DNA of 64,000 nucleotides from the NCBI GenBank assembly GCA_964574895.1, contig CAZNPB010000006.1, positions 16,879 through 80,878 on the forward strand. The letters are read 5' to 3'. The notes under the pieces are model-generated. The model had not been told where the DNA came from. It was given only the letters and a program-made list of their open reading frames with translations, and did no database searches. Positions 1 through 9,358 of the stretch are shown piece after piece. The position numbers and the translations under genes are program-made. Origin of the DNA: an uncultured Eubacteriales bacterium. GTDB taxonomy: Bacteria; Acidobacteriota; Aminicenantia; Aminicenantales; Saccharicenantaceae. Every line of letters begins with the position of its first letter. The stretch's first letter is position 1.

Positions 1-1
1 T

Positions 2-178
2 TTCGACAGCGGGGGAAATCTCCTTCTCGAGGGTATCCCGTTCCCGCCCCTCCTCGTCCACTCCCGGGGCGACGTCTTTTATGGCCTCTCCTGGGAAGAG
101 CAGGACCGAAGCGAAGCTACGCCGAATCCGATCGTCCGCGGCTATCGTCTGAAGCCCACCAAGAGCGGTGACGGATAG
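2..178 (+). CDS. 3' end of a gene running in from upstream of the window (hypothetical protein; C-terminal 58 codons ...RGDVFYGLSWEEQDRSEATPNPIVRGYRLKPTKSGDG*)
   Basis: Open frame from position 2 to TAG at 176-178. Protein-like composition at host-like GC (~60%). No motif recognised. Confidence 0.3.
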   Translation, partial: FDSGGNLLLEGIPFPPLLVHSRGDVFYGLSWEEQDRSEATPNPIVRGYRLKPTKSGDG

Positions 179-427
179 CGTCCCGCAACCGGACGGACGA
201 TGGAGTACGTCCGTTGTCGAGCCCAGAACGGATTTCCTGCTCCGGCATCATTGGCGTTTCCGCTCATTCCCACTGCCGGATTTCGACCCGATATATGGGG
301 CAACTGCGCATTTTCGAAAGTTCGGCCGATGCAGCGGTCCCGGAAGTCAACGCGAATATGACGAGAATGGCGACCAAGCCGACTCGACTGCTGGACGGCT
401 TTCGAGACAGCGTCCCAGGCCTCGCTC

Positions 428-1516
428 CTATTGAATCCTGTACGCGAGAACGTCGTATTTGTCGGTCGAATCGTCCCCGTATCTCTCAGAAAGAACGTAG
501 AGGACGTTGTCCCGGAAGAAATAGTGATAGAGATTGCCGTAATTGACGGCATCACAAAGACGGCATTCTGAGATGAGTTGACCCGTGGGATCGTATCGTT
601 GCATGTAAAGCAACCAGTTGTCGGCCTTGGGGTCATAATTCGAAAACAAAACGCCGATCATCTCGTCGGTAGATATGAGCCCCGTGATGAAGGAAACCTT
701 CTTTCTTTCCTTTGCCACCGGGGCGTCTTCCATATTGGCGAAGGCGTCGCGAATGGCTTGGTTGATGCGAGGTTCGCGATAGTTAGCGGACGGTTTGCCG
801 AAGGTCATGACCTCTCGATTGACGATGTTGACCCGAGTGATCTTCATCCGGGCGTCGAGCGCGAAATACACATGGTTCCCTGTGACCGACAAAGATCCGT
901 ATTGCTGCGTCAGCATCGAAAGGTCTTCCCGATTCCGCTCGTAAGAGCCTATGGAGTCAAAACCGTATCGTCCGGCAAGAGACAGAAGACCTCTCGAGTC
1001 CTTCGCTTCAAAGCCCCTGATAGTGAGTCCATACTTCTCGTTATTCTGAGCAACATACGCATCGACAATGAGGTGCTTCCCCCAGAGGGCGATATCGGAA
1101 GTGCAGGCCATGCAGTCGATCTTATCAATCCGCGATAGTCCGCCCTTGCCGTCCCTCCGATAAATAACGATCTTCATGAAATCAAGGATCGCAAGATAAG
1201 GAGCCTGATAATCACAATAGAAGGGGCCTAAGAATTCCTCAGGTCCGGGACCTTTTCTGCCGGTGATGCCGATGAGCTTGCCGGTCTGATCGTAGCCCTT
1301 GATGTTGCAGTCTTTGCCGTCGGTGACAAAGATGAGTCCGTCCTCGGTAACCACGAAATCAGAGGCATATAGGATCGGGGCTTCTTCCTGGGACAAGCTG
1401 AATGTCGTGAACGGCCGAATATCTCGATCGTCCTCCGTCGGGAGAATCGAAGAGCTGTCGAATGCGAGATAGGCGAATAAGCCCGCCAGAATCCTGATGA
1501 TGACAAGCTTGCCCAT
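428..1516 (-). CDS. secreted six-bladed beta-propeller protein (NHL/TolB-like repeats), N-terminal signal/TM segment
   Basis: 362-aa ORF, MGKLVIIRILAGLFAYLAF signal-like N-terminus, repeated beta-strand-rich ~45-aa units. Low-GC (45-50%) codon usage unlike the rest of the window. Confidence 0.6.
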   Translation of the reverse strand: MGKLVIIRILAGLFAYLAFDSSSILPTEDDRDIRPFTTFSLSQEEAPILYASDFVVTEDGLIFVTDGKDCNIKGYDQTGKLIGITGRKGPGPEEFLGPFYCDYQAPYLAILDFMKIVIYRRDGKGGLSRIDKIDCMACTSDIALWGKHLIVDAYVAQNNEKYGLTIRGFEAKDSRGLLSLAGRYGFDSIGSYERNREDLSMLTQQYGSLSVTGNHVYFALDARMKITRVNIVNREVMTFGKPSANYREPRINQAIRDAFANMEDAPVAKERKKVSFITGLISTDEMIGVLFSNYDPKADNWLLYMQRYDPTGQLISECRLCDAVNYGNLYHYFFRDNVLYVLSERYGDDSTDKYDVLAYRIQ

Positions 1517-1693
1517 CGAGATCGCTAAGTCGAAGATATCACTTTCGCGAAGCGCTTATCAATGGGGGGGTTAAGCTGAAGGTCATCTCGACCATACCTT
1601 GGCCAAACCAACGGACAACAGAGTCGATCAGGGACGGAGAGCTGGAGCAGGAGAACGCCCGGCTGACCTTCCTGTCAATCCTGATAAAAATCC

Positions 1694-1722
1694 TTGACAA
1701 CGAAAATCGACCCTTCTATCAT
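1694..1722 (+). promoter_or_regulatory. sigma70-like promoter for the radical SAM gene (-35 TTGACA 1694-1699, 17-nt spacer, -10 TATCAT 1717-1722)
   Basis: Consensus hexamers with 17-nt spacing in an AT-rich (≈40% GC) divergent intergenic region 1517-1772. Confidence 0.35.
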
Positions 1723-1772
1723 TATCTCGCTATTTGGGGGTTATTCTTTCTGCAGAATTTAGGGGTTGATTT

Positions 1773-2885
1773 GTGAAAGCGACCCTATTTCTGACCACAT
1801 CGTGCAATCTGCGTTGTGATTATTGCTACGTCTCCCCAAATAACCGTTTTATGTCTAAGGCCACACTGGCCCGGGCCGTTGATTTCTCCTTTAGCAAGGC
1901 CAAATCTGAAGAGCGTCTCGACTTCGGTCTCTTCGGCGGCGAGCCACTGCTCGAGTGGCCGCTGGTGCAGGAGGCCGTTTCGATCGTGGAACAGCGGGCC
2001 GAGAGCAGGAAAAATGATGTAAGGATGTCATTGGTAACCAATGGCACCCTGCTCAATGATGACATCTTGGCCTATCTGCGAGACCATGACGTCATCCTGC
2101 AAGTCAGTTGTGATGGCGTGCCCTTCATCCATGACCGCCACCGCCGATACGCCAACGGCTGCGGCAGTTCCGCAACCGTCGAGGCCGGACTGTCATTGGC
2201 TCTGAAACGCCTGCCGGCGGTTCTGGTCAACATGGTTTACGGCCCCGACAGCTATGCCTGCCTGCCGGAATCCATCAAATACCTGGCCGGACTCGGCCTG
2301 AAACAGCTGATCCTGAACCCGGATTATTCCGCCGCGTGGCGGCCTGAAGACATCGCCGGATTGCGCGGCGCATATGAGAAGATCGCCGATTTCTATCTGG
2401 AACGCTATGCGCATAACCAGCCTATCTTTATCAGCCTGATCGACGAGAAGATCGCCGTCGTCCTGCGCGGCGGCTACGGACCGGCCGAACGCTGCCATAT
2501 GGGATACTCGGAACTTGCCTTTTCGCCGCAAGGTTACATCTTCCCCTGCGAACGGTTGGCCGGCGATGGCAGCCGGAATCGGCATTGCATCGGCCATCTC
2601 GATCGGCCAGAAAGCCTAAATCGTGGTCATTGCGATGCGAGCGGGAATTTCAGCCGGAGCGTCGAATGCCAACGGTGCGGCGTTGCCGATTTCTGCATGA
2701 ACTGGTGCGGATGCTCGAATTATTTTGCCAGCGGCGACTACGGCCGGCCGTCTCATTTTGTCTGTGCTTCAGAGCGCCTGGCCATTGAAACCGCCCTTAA
2801 GATAATGGATTCCGTAGAGGGGGACGATCAGCTGATCTTCATCAACCATTATGCCGGGCTTCCCATGGCAAACAGTTCGACCTGA
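1773..2885 (+). CDS. radical SAM / SPASM-domain maturase (anSME-like peptide/protein-modifying enzyme)
   Basis: CNLRCDYC (CxxxCxxC) at residues 11-18. C-terminal SPASM cysteine cluster C-x11-CQRC-x5-C-x3-C (…CDASGNFSRSVECQRCGVADFCMNWCGC…). 370 aa, GTG start. Low-GC. Confidence 0.85.
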   Translation: MKATLFLTTSCNLRCDYCYVSPNNRFMSKATLARAVDFSFSKAKSEERLDFGLFGGEPLLEWPLVQEAVSIVEQRAESRKNDVRMSLVTNGTLLNDDILAYLRDHDVILQVSCDGVPFIHDRHRRYANGCGSSATVEAGLSLALKRLPAVLVNMVYGPDSYACLPESIKYLAGLGLKQLILNPDYSAAWRPEDIAGLRGAYEKIADFYLERYAHNQPIFISLIDEKIAVVLRGGYGPAERCHMGYSELAFSPQGYIFPCERLAGDGSRNRHCIGHLDRPESLNRGHCDASGNFSRSVECQRCGVADFCMNWCGCSNYFASGDYGRPSHFVCASERLAIETALKIMDSVEGDDQLIFINHYAGLPMANSST

Positions 2886-3064
2886 AGGCGAACCGGGAAT
2901 ACTGGTTCTGGCAGCGCGTGGGCGCCGTCGCAGGCTTGCCTGACGGGGAAAGGAGGGCAAGGGATATGAACCATATTCGATACCCTCCAGCCTAGACGAT
3001 TTCCCGAGTTCATAGCCGCGGCCATTCTCGAGAAGGGATACGGATCTCAGGAAGGAGAACAAAG

Positions 3065-3463
3065 ATGTCGGCTTTGATCTATGATTACCGCATTAAGCCA
3101 TGGGAGATCTATGGCGGCAGGCGCGCGTTCTTCGTCAGGTACGCCGATCTGGTCGCCAATGTCGTCGAGGAACTTAAGCTGCAGCCCATCCAAGAACAAT
3201 TCCGCTTCCCCGCGGTCAGGGCTATGGAGAAGAAAGCAACTACAGCGGGGGAGGCGGCGGCCTATTTTGATCCCGATATGTTTGGAGGCAAGCGCTTCGC
3301 TCACCTGCACTATCGCGGCGAGGTTTACATGCTGAACCGCGAGCAGTGGCAGGCCTTCGCCAACAAGATCAAGAACGACCTCGTCAAGAGACTGCAGAGC
3401 TCCAGCGCCATTTCCATCGAACAGATCCAGGATCTCAGCGACGCCGTCGATCCGATCGCCTAG
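3065..3463 (+). CDS. hypothetical protein (132 aa, Cys-free) co-oriented downstream of the rSAM/SPASM gene
   Basis: ATG preceded by GGAAGGAG SD. Low-GC like its two neighbours. No recognisable motif. Confidence 0.6.
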   Translation: MSALIYDYRIKPWEIYGGRRAFFVRYADLVANVVEELKLQPIQEQFRFPAVRAMEKKATTAGEAAAYFDPDMFGGKRFAHLHYRGEVYMLNREQWQAFANKIKNDLVKRLQSSSAISIEQIQDLSDAVDPIA

Positions 3464-3599
3464 CCCTTCTTCATGAGGCTTGAGGCCGAAAACGCCTAGG
3501 GTGGGCCGATCGAGCCCCGCATGACGACGAGCGCCACGGGCGCGCGGCACACCCGTGTTCACCGGATCGGAAGGCATGATCCTTGAGAAAGGAGTCCCT

Positions 3600-6251
3600 A
3601 TGACACCCAAAACGATTCCATCCCCGACGGCCGCACGGAGGAGCGCGATTCGAAAGCCGAAGGTCCCGGGTCTTGTCTTGCCTCGGCCCAGAGTCACGCT
3701 CCGTGTCCCGAAGTCCCCGATCTTCGTCGGTTCGTACGTACGCGTCGACGTCGGTCTCAAGGGGACTTCGATCCCGTTCGACCAGATCCGTTTCCAGGTC
3801 GCCGAAGGCGCGGCCGGCGGCGTCGTGTCGCCCTCGCGGGACGAGTCGTTCCGCCCCGAGAAGCCGCATGTGCTGCTGTGCGCTGGTTACACGCCCGGCA
3901 CGTACCGACTGCAGGCGTACCTCGTCACCACAAACACACTCGTGGCCGAAGCACCGTTCCGGCTCGACGCCTTGTGGAAGGACGAAGACCTCGGACCCTC
4001 GAAATGGTTCTCGGGCATGACCAAGGGCTACCGCGCCGGCTCGGCGTGGGGCGGCGGTCCGGGCGGGATCCAGAACGTGAGCGTCGTGCCCGCGCTCGGC
4101 ACGCGGCGTATCGCCATCCTGCTCGTTGACACCAGCACGCAACGCTACTCGACGAACGCCGCCACCGTGCAGGGCTATCAGACCCGGTTGATGGACGAAA
4201 TCATCAACGGGGTCAACGACAACGGCGTGATGCGAAGCGCCCGGCAGTTCTACCGCGAGGTCTCGTACGGCAACTTCGACCTAAGCGCCCAGGTGTTCGG
4301 CCCGGCGAACCTGCCGGGGACGTTCGACGACTACTTCAACGCCGACGGCAGCCCGCGCGGCGGATATTACCAGGCCTGCATCACTGCGGGGGACGCGCTC
4401 ATCAACTACACGCAGTTCGACACGCTCCTGTGCGTCTCGCAGCCGGTGACCGGCACCACGCCACGCAGCGCGTGGCCGTATGCGTCTATCGGCCAATGGG
4501 GCCCCTACACGTCGGGCGACGGCAGCGTGAACCTCGGCGTCGTCTCGATGCCCTACGATTGGGGCACCGCGGGCAACCGCGAGTTCTTCGAGACGTTCTG
4601 CCACGAACTCGGACACAACCTCGGGCTGGGCGACCTGTACTCGCCTGCGGTGCCCGGAAGGAACCCGGGAAACTGGGAGATGATGCACGGTGACGATGCG
4701 TTCCCGCACTTCAGCCTCGCGAACCGCCTCATGCTCGGCTGGGTGCCGGCCGGCTGGGTCGAAGGCTTTAACTTCCAGTCAATGGCCTCGCCCGTGGACC
4801 AGGTCGTGACGCTTGACCCCATCGAGAACGGCGCGCCCGCCGCGGGCCACCGGGCCGGCATCGAAGTGCGGCTTGCCGACGGCTGGAACTACTATTTCGA
4901 GTACCGAATCAGGCAGGGCACGCAGATCGCCGACCAGAACCTGCCAACGAACGACCGTGTGCTCGGCACTGACGTCGTCTCGCCGCCCTACAGCCCGCCG
5001 ATCGCCAGGCCGGGAATCCTGCTGCTCAACAACGACATCGACGGCGACGGGGCAGTGCTCGGGAACGCCCAGGATTACGAGGAAACCGACTCCACGGATC
5101 CCGTGTACCCGACGGACTTCAAGGTCGAAGTGAGCGGAGTCAATGGCAGCAAGGCTGACGTGGGCGTGAAGTACGGCGTCAACAGTCGGCCCGACCCGTC
5201 CATCCGCCCGTGGCCGGCCTCGGCAGACCGGCAGTGGCAGAGCCCCGACATCGAGATCCGCAACGCGCGCAGCCAGGCCGACGCGCAGTGGGCCAACGTG
5301 CCGTGGGTGGGCAACACTAACACCATCGTGGCCAGGGTCAAGAACAACGGTGCGCTCGACGCGCCGCAGGTGCTGGTCAACTTTTTCGTCCGCGACTACA
5401 ACGTCGGCGGCGTGCCCGAGACCTACCTCGGTTGGGACCGCCGCGATGTCGCGGCCGGCGCAACGGTCGAATTCACGGGCACGTGGACGCCGCCCTCGAG
5501 CGGCCACTACTGCATCGTCGTTCGCATCGCGCTCTACCAGCTCCCGGCGAACCCCGCAGTGGTTGAGATGACCGAGCTCAACAACGTTGCGCAGTCGAAC
5601 TACGATCGGTTTGTCTCGGGGGCCGCCTCGGCCCCGCGTCGGCGCGTTACGTCCGTCACGGTCGGCAACCCATACCACGAGCGGACCCGCATCTGGATCA
5701 ACGCAGGGAACTCGAACCCGCTCTTCCGCACCTACCTCGAGACCTCGTGGCTATACCTCGACCCGGGCCAAACGCGACGGGTGCGCGTGATGTACGAGTA
5801 CGCACCCGATCATCTCTCGCTCGACCTGTACCCCCCACCGCTGCGTAAGGAATACCGCGGGCTGCAGAAGGTCCCCAACCGCGTCGCCCTCACTGCGTAC
5901 GTCGAGGATCCTCGGGATCGGCCGCGGCACGCTCTGATGGTGCTGGGTGGGGGCGAAGCGGAAATCGTCACCGGTGCGGATACCAAGTTTCGTCGGTTCA
6001 CCGTAGACGGGCGCGCGGCCACGGGTGTGGTCGTGACCCTGGCCGACGGCACGCCGGTCAAGGGCGGCAAGGTTATCGTCCGCCAGACGGTCGGCAAGGC
6101 GCCGAACGCTCAGGTGAACTACGTCACCGTGGGCGTGAAGGACGGTGCGTTCGCGGCCAAGCTCCGGCTCGCCGGCGGGATCGCACGGGCGTTCTACGTG
6201 CCCACCGCCGGCTACGCCGACTGCGAGTCCGAGGATCGCGCCGTGAAGTAG
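3600..6251 (+). CDS. large secreted zinc metalloprotease, M6/InhA-like (HExxH...D-x-Y)
   Basis: FCHELGHNLGLGDLY motif resembles the immune-inhibitor-A HEYGHDLGLPDEY signature. AAGGAG SD 5 nt before the ATG at 3600; the table ORF starts earlier at 3555. ~883 aa. Confidence 0.65.
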   Translation: MTPKTIPSPTAARRSAIRKPKVPGLVLPRPRVTLRVPKSPIFVGSYVRVDVGLKGTSIPFDQIRFQVAEGAAGGVVSPSRDESFRPEKPHVLLCAGYTPGTYRLQAYLVTTNTLVAEAPFRLDALWKDEDLGPSKWFSGMTKGYRAGSAWGGGPGGIQNVSVVPALGTRRIAILLVDTSTQRYSTNAATVQGYQTRLMDEIINGVNDNGVMRSARQFYREVSYGNFDLSAQVFGPANLPGTFDDYFNADGSPRGGYYQACITAGDALINYTQFDTLLCVSQPVTGTTPRSAWPYASIGQWGPYTSGDGSVNLGVVSMPYDWGTAGNREFFETFCHELGHNLGLGDLYSPAVPGRNPGNWEMMHGDDAFPHFSLANRLMLGWVPAGWVEGFNFQSMASPVDQVVTLDPIENGAPAAGHRAGIEVRLADGWNYYFEYRIRQGTQIADQNLPTNDRVLGTDVVSPPYSPPIARPGILLLNNDIDGDGAVLGNAQDYEETDSTDPVYPTDFKVEVSGVNGSKADVGVKYGVNSRPDPSIRPWPASADRQWQSPDIEIRNARSQADAQWANVPWVGNTNTIVARVKNNGALDAPQVLVNFFVRDYNVGGVPETYLGWDRRDVAAGATVEFTGTWTPPSSGHYCIVVRIALYQLPANPAVVEMTELNNVAQSNYDRFVSGAASAPRRRVTSVTVGNPYHERTRIWINAGNSNPLFRTYLETSWLYLDPGQTRRVRVMYEYAPDHLSLDLYPPPLRKEYRGLQKVPNRVALTAYVEDPRDRPRHALMVLGGGEAEIVTGADTKFRRFTVDGRAATGVVVTLADGTPVKGGKVIVRQTVGKAPNAQVNYVTVGVKDGAFAAKLRLAGGIARAFYVPTAGYADCESEDRAVK

Positions 6252-6401
6252 TCAACGGCCGACTTCGCTGCCGGGGGGCGGTCGCAGGCGCGCGGGCGTA
6301 CGATGGGCGCGATTGGTAATGATGGGCCTCAGGGTTCCGCCCTGCCCCGACGGACTGCCGGGTTCGGCTCCCCGCACAAACGCATAAGATGCACGAGCGC
6401 G

Positions 6402-6430
6402 TTGACTCGGGCCGGCCGGGACCTTATACT
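6402..6430 (+). promoter_or_regulatory. promoter, leaderless type (-35 TTGACT 6402-6407, 17-nt spacer, -10 TATACT 6425-6430, ATG at 6438)
   Basis: Near-consensus hexamers. The -10 ends 7 nt before the start codon, so the predicted TSS coincides with the ATG. Confidence 0.4.
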
Positions 6431-6437
6431 CGGGGCC

Positions 6438-7100
6438 ATGCCCACCAAGCCGTATATCGTCCTCCACACCTCCGTCACGCTCGACGGTTCTTCAACCGGT
6501 TTCATGCCCGATATGGAGCTCCATTACAGGCTGGCGAACGGCTTCGAGCCCGACGCCAACCTGATCGGCTCGGCGACGGTCGTCGCAGGACAGACGATGT
6601 TCGGCGGTGACGTTCCGGCCGAAGAAGAGGGGGATTTCGAGGCCCCGAAGCGCGACCCGAAACTCCCCTGGTGGATCCTGGTCGATTCCGGCGGGAAGCT
6701 CGAAGGACTGCTCCATACCTGCCGCCGTCTGGAGTATTGCCGCGACGTGATCGTCCTCGTGTCGGAGAGCACGCCCGCATCCTACCTGAAGCATCTCGAA
6801 GCCAGGCGTTACCGATCGATACGCGCGGGCAGCGGCAAGGTCGATCTGCGCCTGGCCTTGTCGCGGCTCGCGGACGAGTTCGGGATCGGGCGGATCGTGA
6901 CCGACACGGGGCCCATCTTGAGCGGCGTGCTGCTGAACGAGGGGCTCGTCGACGAGGTCAGTCTCCTCGTCCACCCCATCGTCAAAGGCGACGGTTCCCG
7001 GAACTTGATGGGCGAGGTCCGCAGGGACATCGCCTTGAAGCTGGACAGGGCCGAAGCCGTGGGAAACGGCTGCGTCTGGCTCCTCTACAAGACAACCTAG
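6438..7100 (+). CDS. RibD C-terminal-domain / dihydrofolate-reductase-like reductase
   Basis: PYIVLHTSVTLDGSSTG… and …DEVSLLVHPIVKG… are typical of the RibD_C/DHFR-like family. The start was moved to the internal ATG directly behind the promoter. Confidence 0.7.
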   Translation: MPTKPYIVLHTSVTLDGSSTGFMPDMELHYRLANGFEPDANLIGSATVVAGQTMFGGDVPAEEEGDFEAPKRDPKLPWWILVDSGGKLEGLLHTCRRLEYCRDVIVLVSESTPASYLKHLEARRYRSIRAGSGKVDLRLALSRLADEFGIGRIVTDTGPILSGVLLNEGLVDEVSLLVHPIVKGDGSRNLMGEVRRDIALKLDRAEAVGNGCVWLLYKTT

Positions 7101-7111
7101 GGGAAACTGGG

Positions 7112-8146
7112 TCAGGCCGCCAAGGCGTCGCCCGGGACGGCCCGGTAAACGGGGTGGCGAGCCGCGGCCAGGTTGACGATGTGGCTGCCCATCTCCCCGT
7201 AGGAATAGCCCGCTTCCAGCGCGGCGTAGCTCATCGAGGTCTTCGGGTTGATGTCGGGGTTCGGATTGACGTCGATGACGTAGAAGACGCCGTCGCGATA
7301 CCGCAGGTCGATCCGGCCGTAGTCCCGGCAGGCCGTGGCCCGGTAGGTCGAGTAAACGATCCGCTCGAGCCGAGACCGGGCCGGGCCGTCGAGCTCCGCC
7401 GGGACGCACAGCTCGATCGTCTCGTAGAGACGGGACCCGGGGAGGTACTTGGCGTCGTAGGTGAAAAGCCGGTCGCGGATGTCCGTCAGCCCGACGTAGT
7501 CCATCTCGGCCGCCGGGAGGACGGTCACCGTGCCGTTGCCCCAGGCCGCGACGTGGAACTCGCGGCCGTCGATGAACTCCTCGACGAGCGCCGGCTGGCC
7601 GTGCTCCTTCAGGATGTAGTCGATCCGGGCTTCGAGCTCGGCCCGGGAGGCGACCACCGAGTCGGCCGCGATCCCGATGCTACAGTGCTCGTGGGCGGCC
7701 TTGACGATGGCCGGGAAGATGGTCCAGTCGCGCGCCGAGGGCCTGCGATAGACGGCCCACGGGGGCGTGAAGATGCCGGCGGCGTCCAGGACGCGCTTGA
7801 CCTCCGGCTTATCCTGGGAGAACGTCAGCACGCGCGACGACGATCCGGTGAAGGCGAAGCCGAGCCGCTCGAGGACCGCGGCGACCTCGGGCTCGCTGTG
7901 GGGGACGCCGGGGAGCTCCTCGCACCAGTTGAAGACGATGTGCTGCCGCGGTTCGTAGCCCGCGAGCCTGGCGGCGAGGCCGCCGTCCTCTACGGCCGCG
8001 AGCTCGACCGGGTGGCCGAGCGCTCTCAGCGCGTCGGCGAGCGCCGCGACGTCTTCGCCGGCTTCCGCGATCTCGGCGGACGTCCAGCCCGGATCCACGT
8101 TATGGAGAAGAAGAACCGGAAGGTCGCGTCGTCTGTGATCCACCAT
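7112..8146 (-). CDS. ATP-grasp enzyme, D-alanine--D-alanine ligase-like
   Basis: Ddl-like N-domain followed by an ATP-grasp core (…EEFIDGREFHVAAWGNG…IDVNPNPDI…). 344 aa. Confidence 0.7.
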   Translation of the reverse strand: MVDHRRRDLPVLLLHNVDPGWTSAEIAEAGEDVAALADALRALGHPVELAAVEDGGLAARLAGYEPRQHIVFNWCEELPGVPHSEPEVAAVLERLGFAFTGSSSRVLTFSQDKPEVKRVLDAAGIFTPPWAVYRRPSARDWTIFPAIVKAAHEHCSIGIAADSVVASRAELEARIDYILKEHGQPALVEEFIDGREFHVAAWGNGTVTVLPAAEMDYVGLTDIRDRLFTYDAKYLPGSRLYETIELCVPAELDGPARSRLERIVYSTYRATACRDYGRIDLRYRDGVFYVIDVNPNPDINPKTSMSYAALEAGYSYGEMGSHIVNLAAARHPVYRAVPGDALAA

Positions 8147-8307
8147 GACCTGAACCTAGATTATCACAGAACGCGGCGGCGTCGAACGCTTTTTACGTGA
8201 AAAAAAATAAGTGGGGCCGGATCTCGTCTTCTTGACAACGGGCCACGGTAGACTTATCTTCGATCCGTGACGGGAAGCGCGATTTCATTTACCTCAGGCG
8301 GTTCCTC

Positions 8308-9150
8308 ATGGCTATGAACACCTGCTACCTGGATCGCGGCGAGGGCCGGATCGCCTACGACGTCGAGGGCGATGGACCTCTCGTCATCCTGCTCCATGGC
8401 ATGGGCGACCTGCGCTCGGTCTTCCGGTTCGCCGCGCCGGCGCTGCTCGAGGCCGGGTTCCGGGTCGCCGCGATGGATCTCCGCGGGCACGGCGACTCCG
8501 ACGCCACCTTCCGCTCGTATGACGACCTTGCCTTGGCGTCGGACGCCCTGGCGCTCATCAATCACCTGGGCGCGTCGCCTGCCGCTTCCGCTCCGCAGGC
8601 GTCGCCGGAACGGGCGCTCATCGTGGGCAACTCGATGGGCGCCGGGGCCGCGGTGATCGCCGCCGCCGACCGGCCCGGGGCGGTCGCCGGCCTGGCGCTT
8701 CTCGGGCCGTGGGTGCGCGACGGCGGCATGAACCCGCTGATGGCGCTCCTGTTCCGGCTGGCGCTGCTCCGGCCATGGGGTCCGGCGGTGTGGCGGTCCT
8801 ACTACCGCTCGCTCTACCCGACCCGGCCGCCGGCCGATTTCGCCGCGTACCAGGCAAGACAGAAGGCGGCCCTGCGCCGGCACTGGCGCGCCTTTGCCGT
8901 GACCACGCGCACGTCGCACGCCCCCGCCGAGCAGCGGTCGTCGTCCGTGCGCACCCCCACCCTTGTCGTGATGGGCACCAAGGACCGCGACTGGCCGGAC
9001 TCCTCGGCGGAGGGCCGGTGGGTCGCCGACGCGCTCCACGGGGAGCTGCTGCTGGTCGAAGGGGCCGGGCACTATCCGCAGGCCGAGTTCCCCGAGGTGG
9101 TCAACCCGGCGCTCACCGCGTTCGCCCGGCGGGTGTTCGGGCGCGGCTGA
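8308..9150 (+). CDS. alpha/beta-fold hydrolase
   Basis: HGMGD oxyanion region, GNSMGA nucleophile elbow (G-x-S-x-G), C-terminal GAGHYPQAE His motif. Confidence 0.75.
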   Translation: MAMNTCYLDRGEGRIAYDVEGDGPLVILLHGMGDLRSVFRFAAPALLEAGFRVAAMDLRGHGDSDATFRSYDDLALASDALALINHLGASPAASAPQASPERALIVGNSMGAGAAVIAAADRPGAVAGLALLGPWVRDGGMNPLMALLFRLALLRPWGPAVWRSYYRSLYPTRPPADFAAYQARQKAALRRHWRAFAVTTRTSHAPAEQRSSSVRTPTLVVMGTKDRDWPDSSAEGRWVADALHGELLLVEGAGHYPQAEFPEVVNPALTAFARRVFGRG

Positions 9151-9358
9151 GGCAGCGGCTGATGGCCGGCTTGCTCTAGCCGCGCCGGCCTGGCGCCTCC
9201 GGCCGGCTTCCGTCCTCATCCCCGAACCTCCCGTATCAGGTCCGTTCTCGATCTTCAGTTCCGCACGGGAGTTCGAGACCGGCCGGCCGACTTCGCGGGG
9301 CCCGCGTCGAACGCCGTCGCCCTTGGCGGCGCCCCGCTCCCGGCTTTCCGCCCGATAC

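Noticed and set aside
2962-2991. 9-codon ORF (MNHIRYPPA) with a strong AAAGGAGGG SD between the rSAM gene and the 132-aa gene
   Set aside because: Too short to call. Kept only as a candidate to test in the rSAM substrate search, not reported as a feature.
8161-8215. A8 run (8201-8208) upstream of the hydrolase gene as a terminator
   Set aside because: No stable hairpin adjacent to the A/T run on either strand. The region is a divergent promoter gap (possible TTGACA-17-TATCTT promoter at 8232-8260), so no terminator was called.
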